Part shown: positions 15,748 through 26,931 of the stretch, one piece after another
Position numbering within the stretch: the stretch's first letter is position 1
Layout of the letters: every line of letters begins with the position of its first letter
From: Paramecium tetraurelia
Taxonomy: Eukaryota
Length of the DNA: 64,000 nt
Direction: 5' to 3'
Assembly: GCA_000165425.1 (NCBI GenBank)
Contig: CT868540.1
Span: 124,001-188,000 of the forward strand
Program-made: the position numbers and the translations under genes
The notes under the pieces: generated by a model
Seen by the model: only the letters and a program-made list of their open reading frames with translations
Database searches by the model: none
Told to the model about the DNA's origin: nothing

Positions 15748-16880
15748 TCAATTATATAATATGTTGAATGCACTGACTCCATCAGAAAACTGTCTAAACA
15801 TGTCATATTGAAAGAATCTTCTAATTGTAACTCTAACATCATCTGATTATAAAATTTTTTCAATCAAAAAACTAAGCAACTTCGGTAATTCGTTATCTTG
15901 AGGATCATCAATAAAAGGAGCTATTGGTATACCATTGTATGGCTAACCCCTAAATCACTTATATTAATAGATACATATAAAAAATTGGGCTGTTGTCAAT
16001 TATTACTATCTTGGAATAGTTGTTTGATAGAATTCCTAAATGCTTTATTTACATTTTGCTTTATAGAGATACGCAATTGTTTCTGTAAAAATGACCCTTA
16101 AAGAAAGTATTTTCTGGATCAATGAGATTAATTATCTAAAAATTAATAAATAATATTTTACTGTCTTTGCATATTTTTAATTTGCTGAAGTATACACAAA
16201 TAAATCAGCAAGTTAGCTTAACTCCTTTAGTACATGACAACAATAGGGTCTAACAAACAATCCAAATTCATTATTTTAAAAATCATAAACTTTATCTTTT
16301 TGTACTTCCTCTGAATGAACAAGAGTTTCATCGAGATCAAAGACAATTTTTATCTATTTTTACGATTTCCCATAGTATAATAGAGAAACCTCAGGGATTA
16401 TTTCTTGATAAGTCATTATCATGTGTATTTAATTGAGAGCATCCCTACTCATTTTTTTTAAGGAAGTATTATCTTTAAGACCACTTTTTAGAATTTCTTT
16501 TATTTTATCAAAAAAATAATTTCCTTGATAAACTTTCTTTATATACACTTAATTATTCAGGTTAACCTTTCTTGTAAATTAACCTGATCTACTTGCCGCG
16601 ATGACTTTTTATTTTGACTTTTCATCATTCTGATATGAAGTATCATTGTTGGAATCGCTTTTTATAGACTCCAATTTTATTCTTGAGATAGATTGATTGG
16701 TGATTTTCACCTATTTCGATATTGTAATATTTGATTGAGTTCGATTTCTGTTTAATTGTTAGGCAAGTTTACTCAACTAGGGCTAAAACAGTTATGATTG
16801 TTAAATACATCTCTTTGTAATAATTTCCATTGTTCTGAATTAATTGTACTTCTTTAAAATATCAAAGTTTTTGTATTCAT
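15748..16880 (-). CDS. NIF/FCP1-like HAD phosphatase (CTD small phosphatase family)
   Basis: KIVFDLDETLVH catalytic motif, VRPY, VYTSA...YA, IDP, IKDLGV...IVPIAPF. Confidence 0.9.
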
Positions 16881-18055
16881 ATATTTTGGCTATGAAATTC
16901 TCAATATATTATTAAATAAATAAAAACAGTTTTTTGTTATCTCAAATATATAGAAACATTATGATCCAATATATCAGAAAATATTTTTTTAGGAAATAAA
17001 ATATAAAGAAAATTTTTAAAGTATCTTCTGCCTGAAAGATGTAATAGTATTTAACGTTTGGTAAAAATAATAATAATATTGAGATTGGTTATTATTGATA
17101 TGATTGAATTTGATAAAGTAATAAAATATTTTTTATTACAGATGTAATAAATTAATCAAGATGTTTGCAAAAATATTAGGAAAATTTATTTCTCAAATAT
17201 ATTGAATTTTATTTTGTTTAAGTTTACAGTGGCATATTGCTTATAGGGCAATAGTAAATCAACTAATTTTATTCTAAAAAACCACATATGAGAATAACAA
17301 ATTCTAATCATAAATTAATTTAATTGACTCATTCATTATAATATTATAATTTATTTATAGAATCAAAACTCATAAGGACGGCTATCTTATATTAATTGCA
17401 AAATCCATTTGAGTTGTCAGATTCAGTCCTTGTTAAGATAAATGCAAACAAAATAAGATTCGTATTTATTAAGTATAGAAAAAGATACTATTTTTTTTCT
17501 AAAATAGTGTTTCCAAAATCTGAACCAAAGGCTTAAGTGAAAAAAGTAAGATAATGATAAATAAAGAAATAATTGAAAAAATATTATAAAAAATAATTTG
17601 AGTTAAGGTGGTTTGAATCTTAAAGATTTCAATATTCATGAGATAATACAATACCAACATACAAATATGTATATAAATTAATGAAATGTTCCCTAATATA
17701 TTTAGTTTCTGAGAATATTAATGAGCTGAATAATATATTACATATTATGTTTGAATATATCTATGATTTATAGATATATTGAATAACATCAAATTAATAA
17801 ATATTAACTTCAATATATCTATGCTTAAATGCAAATTCACAAATATTTATATATTTATACAAAATTAATATAGATATCATAAGTTATTAAATTAAAGTAA
17901 ATGTTATTGATTTAAGAATGCATAATATATGAATTGATTTGGAAATAATAAAATTATTTTCGGTATTATAGAGTGCTTGCTAAGATAGAATCTTCATTTC
18001 TTTATTTTAATGATTAAATATCTATAGAAATATTATTATTAGTATTATAATTAAA

Positions 18056-19128
18056 ATGAGAAGAGTTTAATCAGCTGCACCAAATTTAGGTAAAATATAT
18101 GACTATGTTCTCAGAATTCTCCATGGAGGATATGTTCAGAATAGCTACAAAATAAACGTCTACTTTTGGAATCGAAGGATATGAAGTTACTAAAAAATAT
18201 GCCGACCCACTCAAACAAATGGAAGATAGAAAGTTTTCAGCTTAAAAGAAAGGTAATTAGTGTATATTCATAGACCAGGTCAAAAGAATTTAGGCTATGT
18301 AACTAAAAGAGGACATTATTTGGAAGATCAAAAGAAAATTTATGAAAAATTGCCAGCTCCAAATAAATACGATATTGTTAAGCCTTGGGTGACTGAAGCA
18401 TAATCTGCTCGTCCAAGGACAGCACCCCCAAAAAGGTAGTTTTAACGATTTATTAACTTAGAACAACATTTATAGATTAAATATTTAAGGGAAGCAAAAT
18501 TAAGAGGGGTTCCAGGATCTGGAAAGTATAACGTAGAAAAACCATTGGATGAAGTATTGAAATAAGTTGAAGAATAAAAAAAGAAAAAAATTGAGTATTC
18601 TATTATATAATCATTCTTAGAGCTGGTGAAAGACCCACCTACTTAAATGAGATACAACACTTAGCAGTTATCAACCCAGGCCCTGGAAACTATAATCCCA
18701 GAGTAATATTTTACTTATATACAAGCCGATATCTAAAAAATTGAAGAAAAATGAAACGAAGCCTGCTGATTTTATAGCTAAACATGGTGAATAAGCAAAA
18801 AAAAGAGGAAAATCAGCAATGCCTGATGTAGGTTCATATAATCCAGAACCAGTTTCATTTACAACATTTAATAAACTATAAGGAAATTCTAAAAAAAAGG
18901 AAAGAGTTGATAAGCATGTAATTCTGAAAATTGATTTAGACTTTTGGAACTGATGTGAGGTTCAAAGATCCTAAAAAGAGCAAATCAAAATAAGGTTTGC
19001 TACCTGGGCCTGGTCAATATCCTATGATTGTGTAATGGCAAGGGAAAGAATAAGACAAATCAAAAGCCAAGATAAAGAATTATATGTAATCCACAACCAA
19101 GGGAATATAAAGATCAATATATTATTGA
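18056..19128 (+). CDS. Sperm-tail PG-rich repeat (STPG/SHIPPO-like) ciliary protein
   Basis: Repeats PAPNKY, PGSGKYN, PGPGNYNP, PDVGSYNP and PGPGQY; multiple short introns. Confidence 0.82.
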
Positions 19129-19258
19129 GATGATGATATTTTTATAAATTTTGATTACGATATCTATTGATCTATTTAAAATTCTAGGTTATGTAAAAAT
19201 CAAAAATGTTTCTAGAAAAGGAAGATTAAAATTTGTATATTTAACAATTACTTTAAAA

Positions 19259-20567
19259 TCATACTTAAAGCTTTTTAAGAGCACTATGAAAGTCTTTTAT
19301 AAAATAGGCTAAGGTGCAGGTTAATGCATCTATATCCTCAAATTTATCAGGATCAATAACATCAGGGTTTTTGTTAATTAATTGGGATATTGAATTGAGA
19401 TGTGATTTCTTAAATGCTTTTTCTTTGGTAGTTTGTAGGAATAAAGCTAAATTAATAAAAATACTTACGAAATTATTTTTCATTGTCTTGTAAAAACTTA
19501 GAGGCTTTATCCCAAAAATGCTAATCTTCAATTTCGTATGCATTGAAATCTTCGACTATAACTAGAAAAACAAAAATCACTTATTTAACAGATTCAGGTA
19601 TTTCTTCTTGTTAAAGGAGATCGCTAACAAAGTTCATCTCTATAATTTCAAATGAATCAATTGTCATTGTTTTGAATTCTATTGGTAAGACAATCTCTTC
19701 TTCTTGCTCTTAAATTTCTTGATTATTTTCCAATTATTAAGTTTGAGACTCCTAATATTAAGAATAAGCATCACTTTCATCTAAATGCTAGAGTGATACT
19801 TAATGTTATTCTTTGATAGGGGATGCTTATATTGATTATTAATTTTCAGATTGATTATCTTCAGCATTATTGAGTGAGTTTTGCGGTGAGATTGCATCTT
19901 ATTTTTATGATTGGAATTGGGATTTTTAGCAATTTTTAGGACTGGAAGCAGTTTTAACTTATTATTCATTAACCAAACTTAAAGATTGTGAAGGACTTTT
20001 TTTTAAACCTATAAGTTCCCTTGAAGAAGAGGAATGAGATTTGGGCTAGTTGTTTAATTTAATTGGTTAGGTATTGCTGAATTATTTTTAAGATTCCAGA
20101 ACTTGAGTCTTTAACTTTTTCGGATCTGGTAATGCTTTAATGGCTTCTTAATGTTTTATTTGATTATTCCTTTGAATTGCAGATGAAGTAATATTTTGTT
20201 AACTATTCTATTATTAAAATTTTGGTTTGGATTGGGATAGTTATTTGTGATCTTAAGTTTTTTCTCTTTCTTATTCCAACTTCTTCAATTAGGTTTTGAT
20301 TATTGTAGCATCTGGTTTCTATGCCTAAATTTAATTCTATTACGACGTATGGAAAATTGGATTAGTAGTATGATGTTTATTATCCTTTCTAACAGTCTTT
20401 TGTAATTCCGATCCAAAGAGTTTGGATTCTAATAATTGAATTCTTTCTTGCTGTTGTTCAACTAGCTTTTCTAGCCTTTCGATTTTCTCAGACTGCTCCT
20501 GAACTATTGATAAAATTGTTGCCTCTATAACCTCCTTGATTTTTAACTTGATGTCAGAATCAGACAT
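19259..20567 (-). CDS. Hypothetical protein (N-terminal coiled coil, low-complexity Q/K/S middle)
   Basis: MSDSDIKLKIKE... read through TAA/TAG as Gln to ...LKKLQV*. Confidence 0.7.
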
Positions 20568-20718
20568 TCTATTATGGCTATTAAAATAAAAATTATTAAA
20601 AATATGATTATCTTTATATATTTTCTTATATATTCAATATGATTCACTATGATACTCATAAATATATATATATATTGGATTTGGTTTCTAAGATAATACT
20701 TATATGTAATAATAAATA

Positions 20719-21171
20719 TCAGGCAGATGTATAATTTCCAACTTAATGTTCAAGTTCTGCGACCTTTTGCGTTCCTGCAATTATCAACTACTAGATTTGA
20801 CTCTTTTCTTTTTTCAATTCTGTGATTTAGCTTTACAATTTAGAATTCTCATCTTTTTATGTATTGATTGCCTAGATCAATTGATTAATACTTATCTCAA
20901 ATCCCTTAGCATTGCATCTAGTGTTGGTTAAGTGGTGTTCTTGATTTCCTCATTGTTATTTGTTATCCTTTGCTTCATCAGATGTAACTCCTATTTTAAT
21001 TGATCAATCTCATGCTTGTAGCTTTATAGTAATTCATTAGATAACTCTGTTACATTCTTTTACTTACACAAGATTAATTACATTAACTAGCAACAAATGA
21101 TTTTTAGCATTAGTGGCTGATTCTTAATCCAATTTAGCACTATGTGGCATTTATTATTAAATCTCAGACAT
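20719..21171 (-). CDS. Small hypothetical coiled-coil protein
   Basis: MSEIQQQMPH... to TGA at 20721-20719. Confidence 0.6.
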
Positions 21172-21307
21172 TTTATAAATTATATATTAAAAAATTCTTT
21201 GCAAACACAAAAGACACTTAATAGAGACATAAAAAGGTAATATTTTTTCCTTTTTTTCCTAAAAAAACATAATTATTATATAATTTTTGATTATTTAACT
21301 TTTTTTT

Positions 21308-21855
21308 TCAAATCAAAGAAGTATTTGGAATGTTTCTAGGGATTTTTTGCTTGATTATTCCTTTTTGTCCTTCTTTTCCTTTGCTTCCTTCTATTCACTT
21401 TAATCCTTTGATTGTTGATCTACCTAAGATTTGCTCTTAGATTTACTTTTAGTACCTCTATACTTGATACCATATCTGTGTTTCTTATACTGTTTTTCAG
21501 TTTAGTAAGTTTTGTTACAGTGATCACAAGTTAAGGAAACTTTCATCTTGATGGATTTCTCAATAGATTTTCCAATTTTCAATATACTTTTTTCTTGATT
21601 CTATTTTTCCTCTTCGATTTGAGCATTCTGTTATGGATCCTTCTCTGTTTATGATTGAGGATATTTCTTTTCTGGAGCTTTTGGAGTTGGTTCTTAGATG
21701 ATTTGAGGTTGTTTTTCAATTTCCTCATTTTCCATTTATCCATCATTATTTTAAATTTAAGATTGGAGTGAATCGATTTGGGAAGAAAGATCAGCACACT
21801 TTTCATAAAGCATGGCAACTGTTTGAAAGTGTTATGTTAATGGAATATATTTCAT
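21308..21855 (-). CDS. Small Lys/Glu-rich protein with a zinc-finger-like motif
   Basis: MKYIPLTQHF...LTCDHCNKTYQTEKQYKKH..., CxxC-x12-H pattern with a basic tail. Confidence 0.65.
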
Positions 21856-22077
21856 TTAATTAATATTTTTTGGAAGCTTAAGGAAGATATTTTTATACCA
21901 CTTTTTCCTGAAAATAATTTTACAAGGGAATTTTTTGGTTGATTTGGAAAAATGAACTTTTTTAAAGGGAAATCCAAATTTAAACAAGCTTTATTAGATT
22001 GGAATTTGAAAGATTAATAAAAATTAATAAATACAATTTGAAGTTAAAAATTTCAAAATTTTTAGTTAATGGAATCG

Positions 22078-23069
22078 TCATTTAATTATTTTTAATTTTT
22101 ATTACACCTCTTTAATTTTAGTAAATTCTGCCTAAACTCTCTTTTTCCATAAGTCTTCATTCATTTCTAAAATCAATAATTTCTAATCGACTTCATCCTT
22201 TAACTTCTCCTCCTTCTCTACTTTTAGCTCTTTAAATGAGATGATCTTCTCCTTCATCTATAATTATTGCTCTTTTTCTTTCAATTGATTTTATTTTTCT
22301 TACTAAACATTAACTATTTTTTTCTCTTACTAAGTAATTCTATTTTTTAGAGATTGAATATTTTCAACTTCTATTTGTAACTATTCTTGAAGTATAAGTA
22401 ATTAAGATTATCTTTCTTTGAGTAGTAATTTGTCTTTCTCCAGCTTCTGCCAATCATTTAACAGCTAATTTATTAAATGTAATTGCATACTTGTTTTTCC
22501 TTTAGCTTAACTTCATTCTCATATTGTCTAATATTTTACATGGCTTCCCTGGCTTCCTTTAAATCACATATCATTTAATTTTGAGATTTTTCCAATCTTT
22601 GAATTTCCTCATTCAACGAATCTATCTTTTTTAACTTAAAGGTCAATTCCTCCTGGTAATCTTCTTTTTCCCTTACAACCTTTTTTAATTGATATTTCAA
22701 TTCTTCATTCTCCTCCTTCAATCTAATCATGTCTGATTTAATTCCTTAATTATCTTACAATAATTAATTCAGCTCTATAGATCGCTTGTCCAATAAACTT
22801 TTGGTAATTTTGAGCTCTTCCCTCAGTAATCTGAGATTGGTGTTTTCTTGTATACTAAAATAATCAGATGTAGATGTTTCATTTAAATGACTTTATTATT
22901 TATGAAATGAATCTCTACTTCGCCTGACAACCTCAGTCTAAGATGTTTCTAGATAAGATGAACTACGTTTGGGTTCAGTGATGAGTTTCTTTTAATGAGT
23001 GGATATCATATTCTTGATGAAACCAATTCGATCCATTATTTGATAAGTGTGTGCCATATTCTGTTTCAT
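22078..23069 (-). CDS. Hypothetical coiled-coil protein
   Basis: MKQNMAHTY... to ...WKKRVQAEFTKIKEVQQKLKIIK*. Confidence 0.7.
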
Positions 23070-23134
23070 AATTATATTAAATAAGCGTATATGTGTGGTT
23101 ATTTGAAATTAAATAAAATCTTTTTTTATTATTC

Positions 23135-23784
23135 ATGGGTATTTCAAGAGATAGCAGACACAAAAGAAGACTCACAGGTGGTCGTATGCCAATCCATAAG
23201 AAGAAGAGAGCTTTCGAGAAAGGAAGACAAGCAGCTATGACTAAATTGGTATCTGGCGAAAAGAGAGTTAGAAGATTGAGAGTCCGAGGAGGAAACTTTA
23301 AATTCAGAGCTCTTCGTTTATCAGATGGAAACTTCTCTTGGGCTAGCGAAGGTGTTGCAAAAAAAGCAAAGATTGTCGAAGTTGTTTATCATCCATCAAA
23401 TAATGAATTAGTCAGAACCAAAACACTCACCAGAGGTGTCATTGTGTAAGTCGATGCTACACCATTCAAATAATTTTATTTAAAGAAATACAACATCGAT
23501 TTGGGAGCCAAAAAGACTCAAAAGAAGGTAATATTATTTAATTACTCTCTTAGGACTAACCAGCACCTTAAGAAGTCAAGAAATCAAACTCATTAAAAAA
23601 GAAACTAGAAGCCAGATTGAAGGACAGAGTTATTGATAATTTAGTTGCTGAATAATTCTAAAATCAAAGACTTCTAGTCAGAATCACATCAAGACCAGGA
23701 CAATCTGGCAGAGCCGACGGTTACATTCTTGAAGGAAAAGAACTAGAATTTTATGTTAAGAAGGTCGAATAAAAGAAAAAATGA
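23135..23784 (+). CDS. RPS8: 40S ribosomal protein S8 (eS8)
   Basis: [63 protein letters not shown]; intron 23528-23553. Confidence 0.98.
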
Positions 23785-24552
23785 GTTTTTCTCTATTCAT
23801 AGTACATTAGTAATAGATTTATCAAGTAGTATTTCTTCAGTTCTGATAGCATTATTATATGCTATTGCTGATTACGATTTAGATTACTTCTTATTTTATT
23901 ATATTTTTGATCTCTACATTACATCTAATTCTATATAAAAACTCATATGAAAAGAAAGGCTATTGTATGATATATATTTATATAAATTCATAAATGTCAG
24001 AATATCGATAATAATTACTATGATCCTTCTTCAAAATGTAAGGTTTGAAAAAAATGAATGTAGGAAATATAAATTGTTACAAACCATACTTTAATAATAG
24101 TGCTTATTACTATAATATAAAATTAAAGACTTCAAATAATAAGAAATAAAAAATTAAATTCAATTTTATTGAATCCCGATGATATGGGTTATTAGATTAT
24201 TTGGCTAAACAAAAATTGAGTTTATACATAAGATAAGTGGAATTATTGTTATTCAACATCGAAGCTGAATTATCAGATCTTATGAAAAGGGCTAAAATTG
24301 ATAAAGCAGATTAATAATAGTAGTAATAGAATTGAATCAACATCTAGATTTTGATTAAAGTGAGTTCATAAATTTCATTTAATTCATAGAATTCCAAGGC
24401 ATTTTAAGATTAAATGATAAATGGGTATTAGTTTAAATTAATGCAACTGAGGTAGAAATTCTAAAATAAGATTAAAAGATGAGAAAAAAGGTGTAGTAAT
24501 TCATAGAATTCAGATATTTCAGGTTCTGATATTGAATTATCATAATAAATAA

Positions 24553-25245
24553 TCATATAATCGAATTTAAATAAGATTTGAATGACTCTTAACTTTGTAG
24601 TAACTTCTTGATATTATCTTTAACTTATTAGGATTTTTGTTCTAAATTCAATTTTTATTCTAGACAGAAATTATTTTTCTTTAGAGCTTTGTACTCTTCC
24701 AACAAGATTGAGTATTGGGGGAATTGGTGTGAATTCTCAGAGATCAAACTCATGCATTTATTGATTAATTTAAATATTTATTCGCTAGCTCTTTATTAAT
24801 GTTTTTTCTATTTAGTAATAAGTTACTTGAGTATTTTTGTGGTAATATATTTGTTATTCTACTGATGAGAAATTGTATTGAATTCTGTTGTTTATAGAGT
24901 GGAACAAGATATTGAATAGCTCTTTTAGATAGGATAGCATCCAGAGTCAGTATGAAATTTTTGTTTCTTTTTTTAAGTTGAGCAAATCTAACTTACTGAC
25001 TTAGTTTTTGATTGTCTATGCATTTTTATATATTCAATGAGGTTCCGAATCTGTTGGTTTCGATGAATTCGAGCATCGATCTGGCTTGATTTAAGAGAAA
25101 TTGAGTATTTTTTGAGAAATTCCAATTTAGAAGTAACGAATTCTCTACTTACAACTGACAATTCCTAAACCATATTTTCTATGATTGGAACCAAATTTGC
25201 AAATTCCTCATCAAGTGTAGCACATTAAGTTAAGATTGATTGCAT
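24553..25245 (-). CDS. Hypothetical helical/coiled-coil protein
   Basis: MQSILTQCATLDEEFANL... to TGA at 24555-24553. Confidence 0.6.
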
Positions 25246-25308
25246 TTTATTTAACGAACAAAATAATAATCAAAGTATGAAATTCACGATTGCGTCATTA
25301 TTATAATA

Positions 25309-25994
25309 ATGAAAATTTTAGGATTAGCCCTCCTTTTAACAATTGCCCTTTCTTAAAGCAGATTATCGGTTGACGTGTATACAGAGTCATTATGTCCTGA
25401 TTGCATGGAGTTTCTCCTCAATTCCTTGACTGAGGCTGTGGATACTCCAGATATTGATCAAATGGTAAACATTAGAGTAATACCATATGGAAACGTAAAA
25501 AGAGTATTTAATAAAACTACTGGAAAATGGCAATTCACTTGTCAACACGGATCTGTCGAATGCTATGGAAATTATGTTTAATTGTGTGGCTAAAGCTTAT
25601 TAGCATCCAAATACCCTACCGACAACGAAATCTTATAAGTTTAATGGGCCATCTGTATTGATAGAAGAATATTCAAACCATACACAAACACTCGTTTTGA
25701 CGAAGCGGCAAATCTCTGTGCAGCCGATTTTGGTATCTCAGGATCTGCTGTCAAAGAATGTGCTAATGTATTAATTATTTAAACATACAGGGTGACTAAG
25801 GATACAAGTTACATCTAGCAGCAGCCGAAGAAACTGATGCTCTTTCACCAGCACATCAATATGTGCCTTGGATTACAACAAACAAGAAACATAGCGTGAC
25901 CGATGAAAATCTTATTTTAGAAGATTTAGTTTAATGGGCTTGCGATAACTACAAAGGATAAAAAATTGATGCTTGTTCTACCAGAAGTGAATGA
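25309..25994 (+). CDS. GILT-like lysosomal thiol reductase
   Basis: Signal peptide MKILGLALLLTIALS, YTESLCPDC active-site CxxC, CQHGSVECYGN signature and YVPWI. Confidence 0.93.
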
Positions 25995-26931
25995 TTATTA
26001 TAAATAACAAATTAGTTTAATAGTCATTTTAATATGATTTCTGTTAGACCTTATTGATCAATAATAAAAATATATCATTTTCAGTAACCTTTTAACTTAT
26101 GATTCATCTCGAGTAACAATTCATAAATTTGTTGATTGTATTCTTTTTAAATAAAATGGGTATTTACAAGGATAAGTCTTAGAAATTATAGTTAACGTAA
26201 ACTCTACGTGATAACAATGTTTTCCTCTTTCATAATCAATAATTTTAAGTTTATGAATTTCAAAATACAATTGAATTAAATATTACCTTACTAAGAGATT
26301 TGTAAAATATGTAAGTATTCATTAGTTCATTAATCTTTTACCCTTCTTTTTAGATCACTTAGGTTTCAACTTTCCAGCATTTTTATCTGGCTAATTCATT
26401 TCGTGCCTTCTCTTCATTTTCATTAATCAAAATTATTTCCATTGCTATATTTACTATTTCTTCTTAACTTAATTGTCTATAACCTATATAAACCCTTATG
26501 ATTTATCATGTTGAAAGCTAAATTAAAATTCTTGATCTGAGAATTAGCTAAATATATTTTTGTCTAATTTGTATTTATTCATATTTTTTCAATGGATACA
26601 GGCTCAACTGTATCATGAAATCTTATATTAAAGTGTTCTGCTTGCAATAATCCAAACTAGAAATGCTAAATTATTAAAGGTAATTTAATGGATCTCCACT
26701 ATATGCTATTAACATTATTGTTCAATCACTTTTTGTATTCATTTATTACCAACCTCTGCTTATCTGTTTACGGTCTCATAAATTATTAAATGTTATGTAC
26801 ATTTTTAATATTCTTTTTTTATTGGAATGTTATAAATGTGAAACAATAGTTCAGTGTTCAAATTTCATTATTTCAAAATAATAAGTGTTTTAATTGGAAA
26901 ATCAAATAATATGATATAATATAATTGTAAA

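Noticed and set aside
23843..23871. Hairpin ATAGCAT-tattat-ATGCTAT flanked by CTGA motifs after RPS8, considered as a C/D snoRNA or terminator
   Set aside because: No C box (RTGATGA) upstream, and a 7-bp AT-rich stem is expected by chance.
24021..24182. In-frame TGA codons as selenocysteine or readthrough sites
   Set aside because: No redox motif context and no recognisable SECIS-like element; decay or unresolved splicing is simpler.
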